Positions 1 through 10,101 are shown, counted from the stretch's first letter. The stretch: DNA of 64,000 bases from an uncultured Candidatus Binatia bacterium (GCA_965242525.1 OZ251459.1:832001-896000), one strand, 5' to 3'. A program made the numbers and translations. Notes: a model not told the origin generated them from the letters alone.

Positions 1-100
1 GATCGTCGTGTTCAAGAAGAAGCGGCGGAAGGGCTACAAGCGCAAGCAGGGCCACCGCCAACCGCAGACGACCTTGAGGATCGTCGCAATCCGGGCGTGA
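1..100 (+). CDS. rplU: 50S ribosomal protein L21, 3' end (partial)
   Basis: Frame 2 reads [23 protein letters not shown]...IRA*, the L21 C-terminal signature; lies upstream of rpmA. Confidence 0.95.
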   Translation, partial: IVVFKKKRRKGYKRKQGHRQPQTTLRIVAIRA

Positions 101-114
101 CCCCGGAGGGACCG

Positions 115-375
115 ATGGCGCACAAGAAGTCAGGCGGAAGCTCCCGCAACGGCCGCGACAGCCAGGGCCAACGCCGCGGCGTCAAACGCTACGGAGGCCA
201 GCACGTCAAGGCGGGCAACATCCTGGTCCGCCAGTTGGGCACGAGGATCCACCCGGGCCAGAACGTCGGCATGGGCCGGGACTACACGCTGTTCGCCCTG
301 GTGGAGGGCACCGTGGAGTACCAACGCTGGGGCCGGTCGCGCAAGAGGGTGACCATCGTACCCGCCACCGCCTGA
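115..375 (+). CDS. rpmA: 50S ribosomal protein L27
   Basis: [16 protein letters not shown]...GNILVRQ...GRDYTLFAL; GGAGG RBS upstream. Confidence 0.98.
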   Translation: MAHKKSGGSSRNGRDSQGQRRGVKRYGGQHVKAGNILVRQLGTRIHPGQNVGMGRDYTLFALVEGTVEYQRWGRSRKRVTIVPATA

Positions 376-586
376 GAGGCTTCCCCGCTCGCATGAACGC
401 GCGCCTCCGCGGCCTCCGCCTGCGCGGCCCTGCCGCGTTTTCCTGTCCCGTACCTCGCTGCTCCGTACCTCACAGCCCTCTTCCGTTCCGTAACCGTTCC
501 CTGGCCGGGGGTTCCCCGGCCGGCGCCGGGAAGCGCCCGGAGTCGGCCTCCACGTCGGCCTCCATCGGCCCCAAGGTCCATGCGCC

Positions 587-1654
587 ATGAAGTTCGTGGA
601 CGAGGTGGAGATCACGGTGAAGGCCGGCGACGGCGGGCGCGGCTGCATGAGCTTCCGCCGCGAGAAGTTCGTCCCCAGGGGAGGACCGGACGGCGGCGAC
701 GGCGGCGATGGCGGGCACGTCCGGGTGGCCGCGGACCCGCACCTCTCGACCCTGCTCGACCTCCGCTACCGGAGGCTCTACCGCGGCGGCCGCGGCCAGC
801 ACGGGCGCGGCAAGGACCAGCACGGCAGGAACGGCGAGGACCGGGTGGTCCGGACGCCGGTGGGGACCCTGGTGCGGGACGCGGGGACCGGCGACCTCAT
901 CGCCGACATCGACTCGCTTTCGTGCGACGTGGTGGTGGCCCGGGGCGGCAAGGGGGGCAAGGGCAACGGCCGCTTCGCCACGCCCGCGCGCCAGGCGCCG
1001 CGTTACGCCCAGCCCGGACTGCCGGGGGAGGAGCGCGAACTCCGCCTGGAGTTGCGGCTCCTGGCCGACGTGGGGCTCGTGGGCCTGCCCAACGCGGGCA
1101 AGTCCACGCTCATATCGGTCCTCTCCGCGGCGCGCCCCAAGATCGCGGACTACCCCTTCACCACCCTGGCGCCCAACCTGGGGGTAGCGCGCCGGGACGA
1201 CCGCAGTTTCGTGGTGGCGGACATCCCCGGGCTCATCGAGGGGGCCCATCGCGGCGAGGGTCTGGGGCACCGCTTCCTCAAGCACGTGATGCGCACCCGG
1301 CTGCTGGTCCACGTGCTGGACGCGTTCCGGCCCGAGGACGGGGACCCCAGGACCGACTTCGAGACCGTGAACCGCGAGTTGGCGCTGTTCGACCACGAGT
1401 TGCCGCGGAAGCCCCAGATCGTCGCCGCAAGCAAAGTCGATCTGCTGCCGGACCGGGGGGCGCTGCGCGCCCTCGAAGAGTTCTTCGGCTCCCGCGGCTA
1501 CCGGTTCTGCGCGGTGTCGGCCGTCACCGGAGAGGGGCTGGAGCGGCTCAAGACCCTGATGGTCCAGGGCTTGGCGGCCCAGGATGCGCCCGCGGCCCCG
1601 CGTGAACCGGCCCCGCCCGGGCCGGCCGCGCGCGGCATGGAGTCCCATGGCTGA
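587..1654 (+). CDS. obgE: GTPase ObgE/CgtA
   Basis: MKFVDE, FRREKFVPRGGPDGGDGG, GLPNAGKS, YPFTT, DIPG. Confidence 0.97.
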   Translation: MKFVDEVEITVKAGDGGRGCMSFRREKFVPRGGPDGGDGGDGGHVRVAADPHLSTLLDLRYRRLYRGGRGQHGRGKDQHGRNGEDRVVRTPVGTLVRDAGTGDLIADIDSLSCDVVVARGGKGGKGNGRFATPARQAPRYAQPGLPGEERELRLELRLLADVGLVGLPNAGKSTLISVLSAARPKIADYPFTTLAPNLGVARRDDRSFVVADIPGLIEGAHRGEGLGHRFLKHVMRTRLLVHVLDAFRPEDGDPRTDFETVNRELALFDHELPRKPQIVAASKVDLLPDRGALRALEEFFGSRGYRFCAVSAVTGEGLERLKTLMVQGLAAQDAPAAPREPAPPGPAARGMESHG

Positions 1655-2777
1655 CCTGCGGCGCAAACACGTCCGCCGGGCGAAACGGGTGGTGGTCAAG
1701 ATCGGCAGCCGCATCCTGTCGTCCGAGCGCGGGCTGCACCAACGGCGCATCCGCCGGATCGTGCGCGAACTGGCCGCCCTGCACGACCGGGTGAAGAACC
1801 TCCTGGTGGTGAGCTCGGGCGCCATCGCGTCCGGGATCAGCCGGCTGGGCCTCACCGAACGTCCCAGGGAACTGCCCCAGGAACAGGCGTTGGCCGCGGT
1901 GGGGCAGATCCGGCTCATGGCCCTCTACGAGAACTGCTTCCGCGGTTTCGGGAAGCATATCGCCCAGGTGCTGCTGACCCACGAGGACCTGGCCGACCGC
2001 AGGCGCTACCTCAACGCCAAGCACACCCTCAAGACACTGCTGGCCTGGAACATCATCCCCATCGTCAACGAGAACGACACGGTGGCGGTGGAGGAGGTGC
2101 GGTTCGGCGACAACGACCACCTGTCCGCGCTGGTGGCCACCCTCATGGAGATGGACCTGCTGGTCATACTCAGCGACGTGGACGGCGTCTTCGACCGGGA
2201 CCCCCGGTCCGACCCCGACGCCCGCCTCCTCCCCGTGGTCACCGACATCGACGAGGCCAAGGAGGCGGCCCGGGACGCCCGGCCGTCCGAGCTCGGACGA
2301 GGGGGGATGTTCTCGAAGCTCTGCGCCGCGGAAGAGGCGAGGCGCGCCGGCATCCCTACGGTCATCGCCAGCGGGCAGCGGGAGGGGGTATTGAGCGGGC
2401 TGCTCGACGGGAGCTGCGAGTCGGGCACCCTGGTGCTGCCCGACGAGCGCCGCCTGACCAGCCGCAAGCACTGGATCCTCTACAACCTCAAGCCTTCGGG
2501 CGATGTGACGGTGGACGGGGGCGCCCGCGCCGCGGTGACGGTGAAGGGCAAGAGCCTGTTGCCGTCGGGCCTGCGGGAGGTGCGCGGCTCCTTCGGCGCG
2601 GGGGCGTGCGTCCGGTGCATGGACCACGAGGGCCGCGAGTTCGCCCGGGGGCTGGTGAACTACAGCGCGCAGGAGTTGCGGAAGATCAAGGGTGCGCACT
2701 CGGGCAGGATCGAGGCTATCCTGGGGTACAAGGCATACGACGAGATCATACACCGCGACGATCTCGTGGTGCTGTAG
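1647..2777 (+). CDS. proB: Glutamate 5-kinase with PUA domain
   Basis: VVVKIGS, SSGAI, IVNEND, FGDND, GGMFSK; C-terminal IHRDDLV. Confidence 0.97.
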   Translation: MADLRRKHVRRAKRVVVKIGSRILSSERGLHQRRIRRIVRELAALHDRVKNLLVVSSGAIASGISRLGLTERPRELPQEQALAAVGQIRLMALYENCFRGFGKHIAQVLLTHEDLADRRRYLNAKHTLKTLLAWNIIPIVNENDTVAVEEVRFGDNDHLSALVATLMEMDLLVILSDVDGVFDRDPRSDPDARLLPVVTDIDEAKEAARDARPSELGRGGMFSKLCAAEEARRAGIPTVIASGQREGVLSGLLDGSCESGTLVLPDERRLTSRKHWILYNLKPSGDVTVDGGARAAVTVKGKSLLPSGLREVRGSFGAGACVRCMDHEGREFARGLVNYSAQELRKIKGAHSGRIEAILGYKAYDEIIHRDDLVVL

Positions 2778-2798
2778 CGGTTCGAACGGGGGGTCGTC

Positions 2799-4055
2799 AT
2801 GGGAGCAGCCGAGGAAGCGAGGGCGGTGGGCCGGCAGGCCAGGGAGGCGGCCGGCGCGCTGGCCAACCTTTCCACCGACTCGAAGGACCGGGCCCTGCTG
2901 GCCATGGCCGACGGCCTCCTGGAACGCCAAGCGGAGATCCTGGAGGAGAACGCAAGGGACGTGGGGCAGGCGGAGGCCAAAGGGCTGTCGAAGGCGGTGA
3001 TCGACCGCATCGCGCTGGACCCCGGGCGGGTGGCGGCCATGGCCGCGGGGATACGGGACGTCGTGGCCCTGCCGGACCCGGTGCGGCAGGTCACCCGGAA
3101 GTGGCGCCGGCCCAACGGCCTGGAAGTGGGCAGGATGCGCATCCCCCTGGGGGTCGTCGCCATCATCTACGAGGCCCGGCCCAACGTCACCGCGGACGCC
3201 GCGTCCCTGTGCCTCAAGTCCGGCAACGCGGTCATCCTCAAGGGCGGCAGCGAAGCCAAGTTCTCCAACCAGGCCATCGGCGGGGTGCTGCGGGAGGCGT
3301 GCTCCCGGGCCGGCGCGCCCGCGGACGCGGTGCAGGTGGTGGCTTCCACCGACCGGGCCATGGTCCACGAGCTGCTCAAGCTGGAGCAGTACGTGGACCT
3401 GGTCATACCCCGGGGCGGCGAGGACCTGATCAGGTTCGTGGCCGCCAACTCCTCCGTGCCCGTGGTCAAGCACTACAAGGGGGTGTGCCACGTCTATGTG
3501 GACGGCGCCGCGGACCTGGAGATGGCGGAGCGCATCGCGCTCAACGCCAAGGTCCAGCGCCCGTCCGTGTGCAACGCCATGGAGACCCTGCTGGTGCACC
3601 GGGCCGCGGCGCCGCGGTTCCTGCCCGGGGCGGTGGAGAAGTTGCGGGAGAGCGGGGTGGAGGTGCGCGGCTGCGACCGGACCAGGGCGTTGGCCCCGGG
3701 GGTCGCCCCGGCTCGGGAGTCGGACTGGAGCGAAGAGTACCTGGACTTGGTGCTGTCGGTGCGCGTGGTGGAGGACATGGACGAGGCCATCGAGCACATC
3801 CGGCGCTACGGCTCGGACCACACCGAGACCATAGTGACCGCGGACCGGGGCAAGGCCGAGGAATTCGTGGCGCGGGTCAATTCCTCCGCGGTCCTGGTCA
3901 ACGCTTCCACCCGCTTCAACGACGGCGGCGAGCTCGGCCTGGGCGCGGAGATCGGCATCAGCACCAGCAAGATCCACGCCTTCGGCCCCATGGGGCTGGA
4001 AGAGCTCACCAGCACCAAGTTCTTCGTGTTCGGCGATGGACAGGTCCGCACCTAG
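2799..4055 (+). CDS. proA: Glutamate-5-semialdehyde dehydrogenase
   Basis: PLGVVAIIYEARPNVT, IPRGG, CNAMETLL, NASTRF, GAEIGIST, GPMGL. Confidence 0.97.
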   Translation: MGAAEEARAVGRQAREAAGALANLSTDSKDRALLAMADGLLERQAEILEENARDVGQAEAKGLSKAVIDRIALDPGRVAAMAAGIRDVVALPDPVRQVTRKWRRPNGLEVGRMRIPLGVVAIIYEARPNVTADAASLCLKSGNAVILKGGSEAKFSNQAIGGVLREACSRAGAPADAVQVVASTDRAMVHELLKLEQYVDLVIPRGGEDLIRFVAANSSVPVVKHYKGVCHVYVDGAADLEMAERIALNAKVQRPSVCNAMETLLVHRAAAPRFLPGAVEKLRESGVEVRGCDRTRALAPGVAPARESDWSEEYLDLVLSVRVVEDMDEAIEHIRRYGSDHTETIVTADRGKAEEFVARVNSSAVLVNASTRFNDGGELGLGAEIGISTSKIHAFGPMGLEELTSTKFFVFGDGQVRT

Positions 4056-4079
4056 GGCCCCGGAGGGGAGAGGGACCCG

Positions 4080-4736
4080 GTGAGGCTGGGGCTGTTCGGC
4101 GGCACCTTCGACCCGGTCCACTGGGGGCATCTCAGGAGCGCCGAAGAGGTGCGGGAAGCCTGCGCCCTGGACGAGGTCTGCTTCGTCCCGTGCGGCGTCC
4201 CGCCCCACAGGAGCGCCAGGCCCGCGGCCTCGGCGCGCCAGCGCCTGGAGATGGTGCGGCTCGCGGTGGAGGGCAACCCGGCCTTGGGCGTCTCCGACGT
4301 GGAGGTTGTCCGTCCGGGAAACTCCTACTCCATCGACACCGTGCGCCATTTCCTGGGGACCCTCGCGCCCGCGGACAGCCTCCACCTCATCCTGGGACTC
4401 GACGCGTTCCTGCTCATCGACGGCTGGAAGGACTGGCGCGAGCTGTTGCGGCTCACGCACGTGGTCGTTACTTCGCGTCCGGGCTTTGGCGACGCCCTGT
4501 CCTACGACGAGATCCCCGTTGTCGTGCGGGAGGCCTTTTGCTATGCTCCGGTGCGGTCCGGCTTCCGCAACGAGTACGGCAAGGAAATCCGGTTCGAGAG
4601 GCTGACGGACCTGTTCGTGTCCGCCTCCGCCATCCGGGACCTGCTTGGAAAGGGGATGTCCATTCGCTACCTGGTCCCTTCGGCAGTGCGGCGCTACGTG
4701 GAAGAACGGCGCCTCTACCGGGGGTGGCCGGGGTGA
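4080..4736 (+). CDS. nadD: Nicotinate-nucleotide adenylyltransferase
   Basis: GGTFDPVHWGH (HxGH), SYSIDT, SASAIR. Confidence 0.95.
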   Translation: MRLGLFGGTFDPVHWGHLRSAEEVREACALDEVCFVPCGVPPHRSARPAASARQRLEMVRLAVEGNPALGVSDVEVVRPGNSYSIDTVRHFLGTLAPADSLHLILGLDAFLLIDGWKDWRELLRLTHVVVTSRPGFGDALSYDEIPVVVREAFCYAPVRSGFRNEYGKEIRFERLTDLFVSASAIRDLLGKGMSIRYLVPSAVRRYVEERRLYRGWPG

Positions 4737-5227
4737 CCGCCACCCTCGACGCCGGGTCCCCGGCCGTGGACGCCAGGGCCAAGGCCCTGCTGCTCTGCGG
4801 TTTCGCGCTGGAAAAGAAGGCCCAGGACCTCGTGCTGCTGGAAGTCGGCCAGCTCACCACCATCGCCGACTTCTTCCTCATCTGCTCGGGCCGCTCCGAC
4901 CGCCACGTCCAGAGCATCGCCGAAGGGATCAGGGAAGACGCCCGCCCCCACAAGCTGCGTCCCCTCTCCAGTGAGGGGGTCTCGCTGGGCCAGTGGGTGT
5001 TGATGGACTTCTCGGACGTGCTGGTGCACGTCTTCTACGAGCCCGTGCGCCGGTTCTACGACCTCGACGGCATCTGGGGCGGCGCCCCGGCAGTGGAGTT
5101 GCCCGAACCCCACGCGACCCTCGCCGCGCAGTTCCGCGCCGACCCGTCCGAAGCCGAGCCGTGGAGCGAACGGGCGGGAGGCGGAAATACAGGGAGTGCG
5201 GGCGATCCGGCAGGGGTTGTGGATTGA
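4733..5227 (+). CDS. rsfS: Ribosome silencing factor RsfS (Iojap)
   Basis: EKKAQD, DFFLICSGRSDRHV, WVLMDF..VHVF...RFYDLDGIW; GTG start overlaps nadD stop; only the 3' part of ORF 2606..5227. Confidence 0.92.
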   Translation: MTATLDAGSPAVDARAKALLLCGFALEKKAQDLVLLEVGQLTTIADFFLICSGRSDRHVQSIAEGIREDARPHKLRPLSSEGVSLGQWVLMDFSDVLVHVFYEPVRRFYDLDGIWGGAPAVELPEPHATLAAQFRADPSEAEPWSERAGGGNTGSAGDPAGVVD

Positions 5228-5296
5228 TCCCAACGGGACTCGAACCCGTGTTTCTGGCGTGAGAGGCCAGCGTCCTAACCGCTAGACGATGGGACC
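5225..5296 (-). tRNA. tRNA-Glu(CTC), CCA not encoded
   Basis: Revcomp GGTCCCATCGTCTAGCGGTTAGGACGCTGGCCTCTCACGCCAGAAACACGGGTTCGAGTCCCGTTGGGATCA; cloverleaf, anticodon CTC. Confidence 0.95.
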
Positions 5297-5297
5297 G

Positions 5298-5373
5298 TGG
5301 CTGAGGAGGTAGGACTCGAACCTACAATCGCCTGATCCAGAGTCAGGTGGCTTACCAATTAGCCGACTCCTCA
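5298..5373 (-). tRNA. tRNA-Gln(CTG)
   Basis: Revcomp TGAGGAG...CCTGACTCTGGATCAGG...GTTCGAGTC...CTCCTCAGCCA; anticodon CTG, CCA encoded. Confidence 0.96.
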
Positions 5374-5384
5374 AGGTGGCTCCA

Positions 5385-5413
5385 AGGATAGAGGAAACCG
5401 GGCCGGGCGTCAA
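5385..5413 (-). promoter_or_regulatory. sigma70-like promoter of tRNA-Gln/Glu
   Basis: Minus strand TTGACG-N17-TATCCT just upstream of tRNA-Gln. Confidence 0.65.
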
Positions 5414-5548
5414 GCTGGCCGGATCCGCCGCCGGAGGGAAGGGGACCTCGTTGAAGCCTCCGAGAAATCAGGTTAGATTGGGCATGGAAGCGCAAGCGGG
5501 AAGCGTCCGATTTTTTCTCCCGTGAACCGCACGGAAGGTCAAGACCTG

Positions 5549-8152
5549 ATGGCGGACTCCTTTCTTTTCGATTCTCTCAAGAGCGCCGCGGGCGAATGGC
5601 GGCGGAGCGGATACCCTTGCGGCGGCTACCCGCTGATCGGCGAGATACTCGCCTGGCAGACGGAGAAGCAGGAAGACCGCTCGGTTCCCAAATATCTGCG
5701 CGAGCCTCAACTCCTCGCCATGGAAGTGTACTGGTATGTCCGCCTCGTGCTGAAAACCCCCCACATCCTCGACATTTACAGGCATTTCTACGGGACGGAC
5801 AAGAAGGTCTTCTTCGAGGCGCTTGGCGTTTCCATATCGAGGGATGCTCTGGAGTGGGCGGACATCGACGGGGTTATCCGAAGGGTCAAGGAGGACGAGG
5901 GTTTCGTGAGGGACAAGAGGATACAGGCCCTGCACGAAGCCGCGAAACTGGACTACCCCAGCTACATCCTCGCCCTGGCGATGGGGGCGGGCAAGACCGT
6001 GCTGATCGGCGCGATCGTCGCCACCGAGTTCGCCATGTCCATGCGGTATCCCGACGGCGAAACCAGGTTCATGAAGAACGCCCTCGTTTTCGCCCCCGGC
6101 ACCACCATCATCGAAAGCCTGCGGGAGCTCAGCGGAATGCCTTACGACAAGGTTTTGCCGCCCGGGCTGAACCGGGACTTTCTCGCCAATCTGAAAATCG
6201 AGTTTCCGGGCCACGAGAAGGACATCCAGGCGCAGAAGGGAAGCAGCTACAACCTGATCGTCACGAACACCGAAAAAATCAGCCTGCGCGCGGTTCCGAG
6301 AAAAAACCAGCCGACCCTGATCGCAGAACGCAAGAGAGTGCAGGCGAACCTGCGGCTCCAGAAGATAGCGAGCCTGCCGAATCTCGGCGTGTTTTCGGAC
6401 GAGGCGCATCACACCTACGGCAACACCTTCGACCAGCTAAAGCGGGTGCGGGAGACCATAAACTACATCCACGAGGAGCGGCCCATCGTGGCGGTGGTCA
6501 ATACGACAGGAACGCCGTACTACGAGAAGCAGCTCCTGAAGGAGGTCGTCATCTGGTACGGGCTTGGGGACGGCATCAGGGACAACATCCTCAAGGACCT
6601 CAACAACGGAGTTCATCAATACGACATCGGCAGGGAGTCGGACGAGGATGTGTTCCGGGACATCGTCGAGGAGTTTTTCCGCGGCTACGGCGCTGTCGCC
6701 CTCCCCGACGGCGCGAAGGCGAAGATCGCCTTCTACTTCAAGACGCAGGCGCACCTGGAGGCTTCCCGGGCCTTTATCGAGCGGGCGATGACGGGGATAG
6801 GCGAGGAGGTTTCCCAAGTCCTGGTGAACACGCAGAAGTCCGCCGTCGCCGAGGTGGACGACTTCAAGAGGCTGAACAATCCCGACAACCGGAAACGAGT
6901 CATCCTGCTCATCGGCAAGGGCGTGGAGGGCTGGAACTGCCCGAGCCTGTTCGCCTGCGCCCTCATCAAGGAGCAGACGACCAGCAGCAACTACGTCTTG
7001 CAGGCGGCGACCCGGTGCTTGCGGCAGGTTCCCGGAAACACGCGGTCGGCGAAAATTTTCCTGGACTACGGCAACGCGAGGATCCTCGACAAGCAGCTAC
7101 AGGACAACTTCCGCACCGACCTCGGCCGGCTGAGCGCCGGGGCCGGGGAGAAGGCAACCGTCACCCTGCGCATCCTCAAGACGCGGCTGCCCGAACTGGA
7201 AATCACCCGCACCGTGAAAAGAGCGGTCCGGAAGAGGACGCCGGGCGCGGACATTCTCCTTGCAAAGCCGGACGCGGCGGCTCCGCCTCCCATTCTGCGC
7301 AGCGTGTTCACCCCCGACTTCAGCGGACCGGGAGAAATCCTGACGCCGACCGGCGAAATGGAGGAGCTGCCTGTGGCAGAGGGGATCGTGAGCCGCCACG
7401 CCGCCGCCTGGAGAATCGCGTCGAGATACCACCTGCCGATCCTCCCGATTCTCAAAAGCCTCGAAAGCCTTTACCCGGAAGGGACAGTGCCCCAAAGCCA
7501 CTTGTACGGGCTGTTCCGGCAAGTGGAGGAGCAGCAGGCGAACTACGGTACGGTGGAGGAAAAGGTAACCGAGGCCATGGCGCTGATCCGGGTTTGGGAC
7601 GAGAACGGAAAAGACCTTTTCGAGAGGGACGAGGACGGCTGCTTCGTCCATCGTCTGCGGCTGCTGAAGCGCACTCATGAGCGGATGAAGGATCCTGGCC
7701 TGTTGGCCGAAAGCGGGAGCTACGAGGACAAGGGGGATTTGAGTTTCCACTACACGCCTTACAATTTCGACTCCACGCCCGAGCGGTCCTTCTTCGGTGG
7801 GATTCTGTCCGCCCTCGATGCGGAACCGGACGACGTGGAGGCGTTCCTGTTCACGGGCGGCCTCACGGATCCGAAGAAGACCGACTTCCATTTCGAGTAT
7901 CTCGGCGAGGATCGTCGCTACCACCGCTATTTCCCCGACTTCGTGATCGTGAAGAAAACGGGGGAGTTCCATATCGTCGAGGTGAAGGCGGAGAGCGAGC
8001 GGGGCAACGTCATTGTGGAAGCGAAGAAGAAGGCAATGGAGCGGATTCAAGGGTTGCAGCCGGAGCGGTTCAAGTATCAGATCGTCTATGCGCCTGAATC
8101 GACGATAGGTCCACGGGAAGCCAAGCCCGTGCTGGATTGGATAAACGCATAG
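5549..8152 (+). CDS. Type III restriction enzyme Res subunit (SF2 helicase plus C-terminal PD-(D/E)xK nuclease)
   Basis: Walker A LAMGAGKT, DEAH (SDEAHH), EGWNCP, QAATRCLR, C-terminal YFPDF...IVEVK; adjacent Mod. Confidence 0.88.
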   Translation: MADSFLFDSLKSAAGEWRRSGYPCGGYPLIGEILAWQTEKQEDRSVPKYLREPQLLAMEVYWYVRLVLKTPHILDIYRHFYGTDKKVFFEALGVSISRDALEWADIDGVIRRVKEDEGFVRDKRIQALHEAAKLDYPSYILALAMGAGKTVLIGAIVATEFAMSMRYPDGETRFMKNALVFAPGTTIIESLRELSGMPYDKVLPPGLNRDFLANLKIEFPGHEKDIQAQKGSSYNLIVTNTEKISLRAVPRKNQPTLIAERKRVQANLRLQKIASLPNLGVFSDEAHHTYGNTFDQLKRVRETINYIHEERPIVAVVNTTGTPYYEKQLLKEVVIWYGLGDGIRDNILKDLNNGVHQYDIGRESDEDVFRDIVEEFFRGYGAVALPDGAKAKIAFYFKTQAHLEASRAFIERAMTGIGEEVSQVLVNTQKSAVAEVDDFKRLNNPDNRKRVILLIGKGVEGWNCPSLFACALIKEQTTSSNYVLQAATRCLRQVPGNTRSAKIFLDYGNARILDKQLQDNFRTDLGRLSAGAGEKATVTLRILKTRLPELEITRTVKRAVRKRTPGADILLAKPDAAAPPPILRSVFTPDFSGPGEILTPTGEMEELPVAEGIVSRHAAAWRIASRYHLPILPILKSLESLYPEGTVPQSHLYGLFRQVEEQQANYGTVEEKVTEAMALIRVWDENGKDLFERDEDGCFVHRLRLLKRTHERMKDPGLLAESGSYEDKGDLSFHYTPYNFDSTPERSFFGGILSALDAEPDDVEAFLFTGGLTDPKKTDFHFEYLGEDRRYHRYFPDFVIVKKTGEFHIVEVKAESERGNVIVEAKKKAMERIQGLQPERFKYQIVYAPESTIGPREAKPVLDWINA

Positions 8153-8163
8153 GAGAACGAAAC

Positions 8164-8229
8164 ATGAGAACCTTCAATGTGTTCATCAGCCATTCTTGGA
8201 CTTGCCAATGGAGATCGATCACTCCCTGA
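8164..8229 (+). pseudogene. Truncated TIR-like (ThsB/MTH538/DUF1863-type) gene relic, 21 aa
   Basis: AGGAGA RBS then MRTFNVFISHSWTCQWRSITP*; VFISHSW matches the first beta-strand motif of bacterial TIR domains. Confidence 0.6.
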
Positions 8230-8233
8230 TCCA

Positions 8234-10003
8234 ATGACCGCTTCCCTCGAAATCACCCCGATCAAGGGACGCCCGATGCTGCACTGGGTCGGGAAGAAGC
8301 CGCTCGACCTCGTGCGCCACTATCCGGCGCAGGTCTGCGAGGGCGTCGGCGTCAGGAACCCGCCTGCAGAGCCCTCGTGGGAGGACTTCATCGAGAGCGG
8401 GACGAACCTGCTCTTTCACGGCGACAACAAGGAGGTCCTCTCATCCCTGCTGGTCGCCGGCTTCCGGGGCCGAGTGGACCTCATCTATATCGATCCGCCC
8501 TTCGATTCCGGCGCGGATTACGTCCGCAAGGTAAGGCTGCGCGGGGAGACGGGGACTCTCGAAGGCCGAGGCCATACCCTGCTGGAGCGGGTGCAGTACG
8601 AGGACATATGGGCGAACGACAACTACCTGCAATTCGTGTATGAGCGGCTGATTCTGATGCGCGAATTGCTGAGCAACCGGGGAAATATCTACCTCCATTG
8701 CGACTGGCACAAGAGCCACCATCTACGCTTTCTGCTGGACGAGGTGTTCGGCGCGGAGAATTTCGTCAACGAAGTGATTTGGCACTACAAGCGATGGACC
8801 GCTCCCAGTGACAATTTTCAGGCATTGCACGACTCCATTTTCTGGTATGCAAAGAACAAGACCAGCAGGATCTACAATACGGTATGGGTCGTTCCGGCAA
8901 ACGTAGAGAAGGGAAGGAAGGAAAACTACCAGGAAGACGAAGAGGGAAGGCTGTATCGCTGGCAAACTGCGAATGGGGAAAGGTACAAGATTTATCGAGA
9001 CCAGAAGGGCGTACAGGCCGGGGACGTCTGGGAGATCGCTTTCGTTCATCCTTCAGGGCAGGAAAGGAAGGATTTTCCCACACAAAAGCCCGAAGCCCTT
9101 CTCGAACGCATCATCAAGGCTTCGAGCCACGAGGATTCCATCGTCCTGGACTGTTTCTGCGGCTCAGGCACGGCGGCCGCGGTCGCGGAGAGGCTGGGCC
9201 GGCGCTGGATCATGGCGGACATCAACAAGGGCGCGATCCAGACGACCATGAAGCGTTTGCAAGGCGTCGTCGGTGAAAAGAACGGTGACTTCCTTGAGAA
9301 GGGGCGCGGGTTCGTCCACTACCGGGTGAACGACTACGACGCCGCCAACCACAACGACCTCAAGCGCGTCATCCTCTCCAGATACGGGGTTCAGACGGAC
9401 GCCAAGGATCTGTTTTTCGACGGAACCACCGCCGATGGCCTGCTGGCGAAAATCGTGGATTTGAACAGGCCCCTCACCCGACTGGACGTGCAGATCGTCA
9501 AGGACGAGATCACGGACAACCGGCCGGACGAGACCCGGGACGTTTGCGTGTTCTGCAACGGCTCCGAACTGGGGATCATCGAAGAGCTCGACCGCGAAAA
9601 GAGCCCCATCAACAGAATCTCCGTATGCGACGTTCAACAGGAGGGGGTGATTACCAACCGGCCCGCCGAGGCGGAGGTGGAGATCGAAAGGAGCGGCGCG
9701 AAGGCCCGGATCAGGGTTCTCGACTACATCAGCCCCTCCATCCTGGCGCGGATGGAGATGGACCGCACTATATTCGATGAGCGGATCGACGACTTTCGCG
9801 CGCAGATCGACTGCGTGCTCATCGACGCCGACTACGACGGCGAATGCTTCAAGATCGCGGAAAGCGATTTGCCCAAGAGGCGGACCGACTTCATCAAGAG
9901 CGATTATGAGTTGGAACTGCCGCGAACCGACGCCAAAGTCGCCGTCAAGATCGTGGACATGCTCGGCGAGGAGGTTCTGGTGGTCGAATCCGACGATAGC
10001 TGA
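8234..10003 (+). CDS. Type III RM Mod subunit, N6/N4 DNA methyltransferase (beta class)
   Basis: GDNKEVL, IYIDPPF, FPTQKPEALLERII, DCFCGSGT, C-terminal VKIVDMLGEE. Confidence 0.9.
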   Translation: MTASLEITPIKGRPMLHWVGKKPLDLVRHYPAQVCEGVGVRNPPAEPSWEDFIESGTNLLFHGDNKEVLSSLLVAGFRGRVDLIYIDPPFDSGADYVRKVRLRGETGTLEGRGHTLLERVQYEDIWANDNYLQFVYERLILMRELLSNRGNIYLHCDWHKSHHLRFLLDEVFGAENFVNEVIWHYKRWTAPSDNFQALHDSIFWYAKNKTSRIYNTVWVVPANVEKGRKENYQEDEEGRLYRWQTANGERYKIYRDQKGVQAGDVWEIAFVHPSGQERKDFPTQKPEALLERIIKASSHEDSIVLDCFCGSGTAAAVAERLGRRWIMADINKGAIQTTMKRLQGVVGEKNGDFLEKGRGFVHYRVNDYDAANHNDLKRVILSRYGVQTDAKDLFFDGTTADGLLAKIVDLNRPLTRLDVQIVKDEITDNRPDETRDVCVFCNGSELGIIEELDREKSPINRISVCDVQQEGVITNRPAEAEVEIERSGAKARIRVLDYISPSILARMEMDRTIFDERIDDFRAQIDCVLIDADYDGECFKIAESDLPKRRTDFIKSDYELELPRTDAKVAVKIVDMLGEEVLVVESDDS

Positions 10004-10101
10004 AGGATCAGGAAGCGCTTCGGGTAGCCCGGATTCCACCGCACTTTCTTTTCAACGCTCTCAAACGCGCCGCAGGCGAGTATCCTGGATAAAAATCTGA
10101 A

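Noticed and set aside
376-586. Structured RNA or riboswitch between rpmA and obgE
   Set aside because: GC-rich hairpins are possible but no recognisable family motif; cannot be supported without a covariance search
1548-4460. 970-aa minus-strand ORF and many similar long ORFs (e.g. 28099..30531, 41646..44135, 46922..49072)
   Set aside because: Antisense or alternate-frame shadows of clear genes in high-GC DNA; Arg/Gly/Pro-rich with no motifs
5225-5430. Integrative element or prophage att site at the tRNAs
   Set aside because: No integrase, no duplicated tRNA 3' end found, and the island lies on the 5' side of the tRNAs
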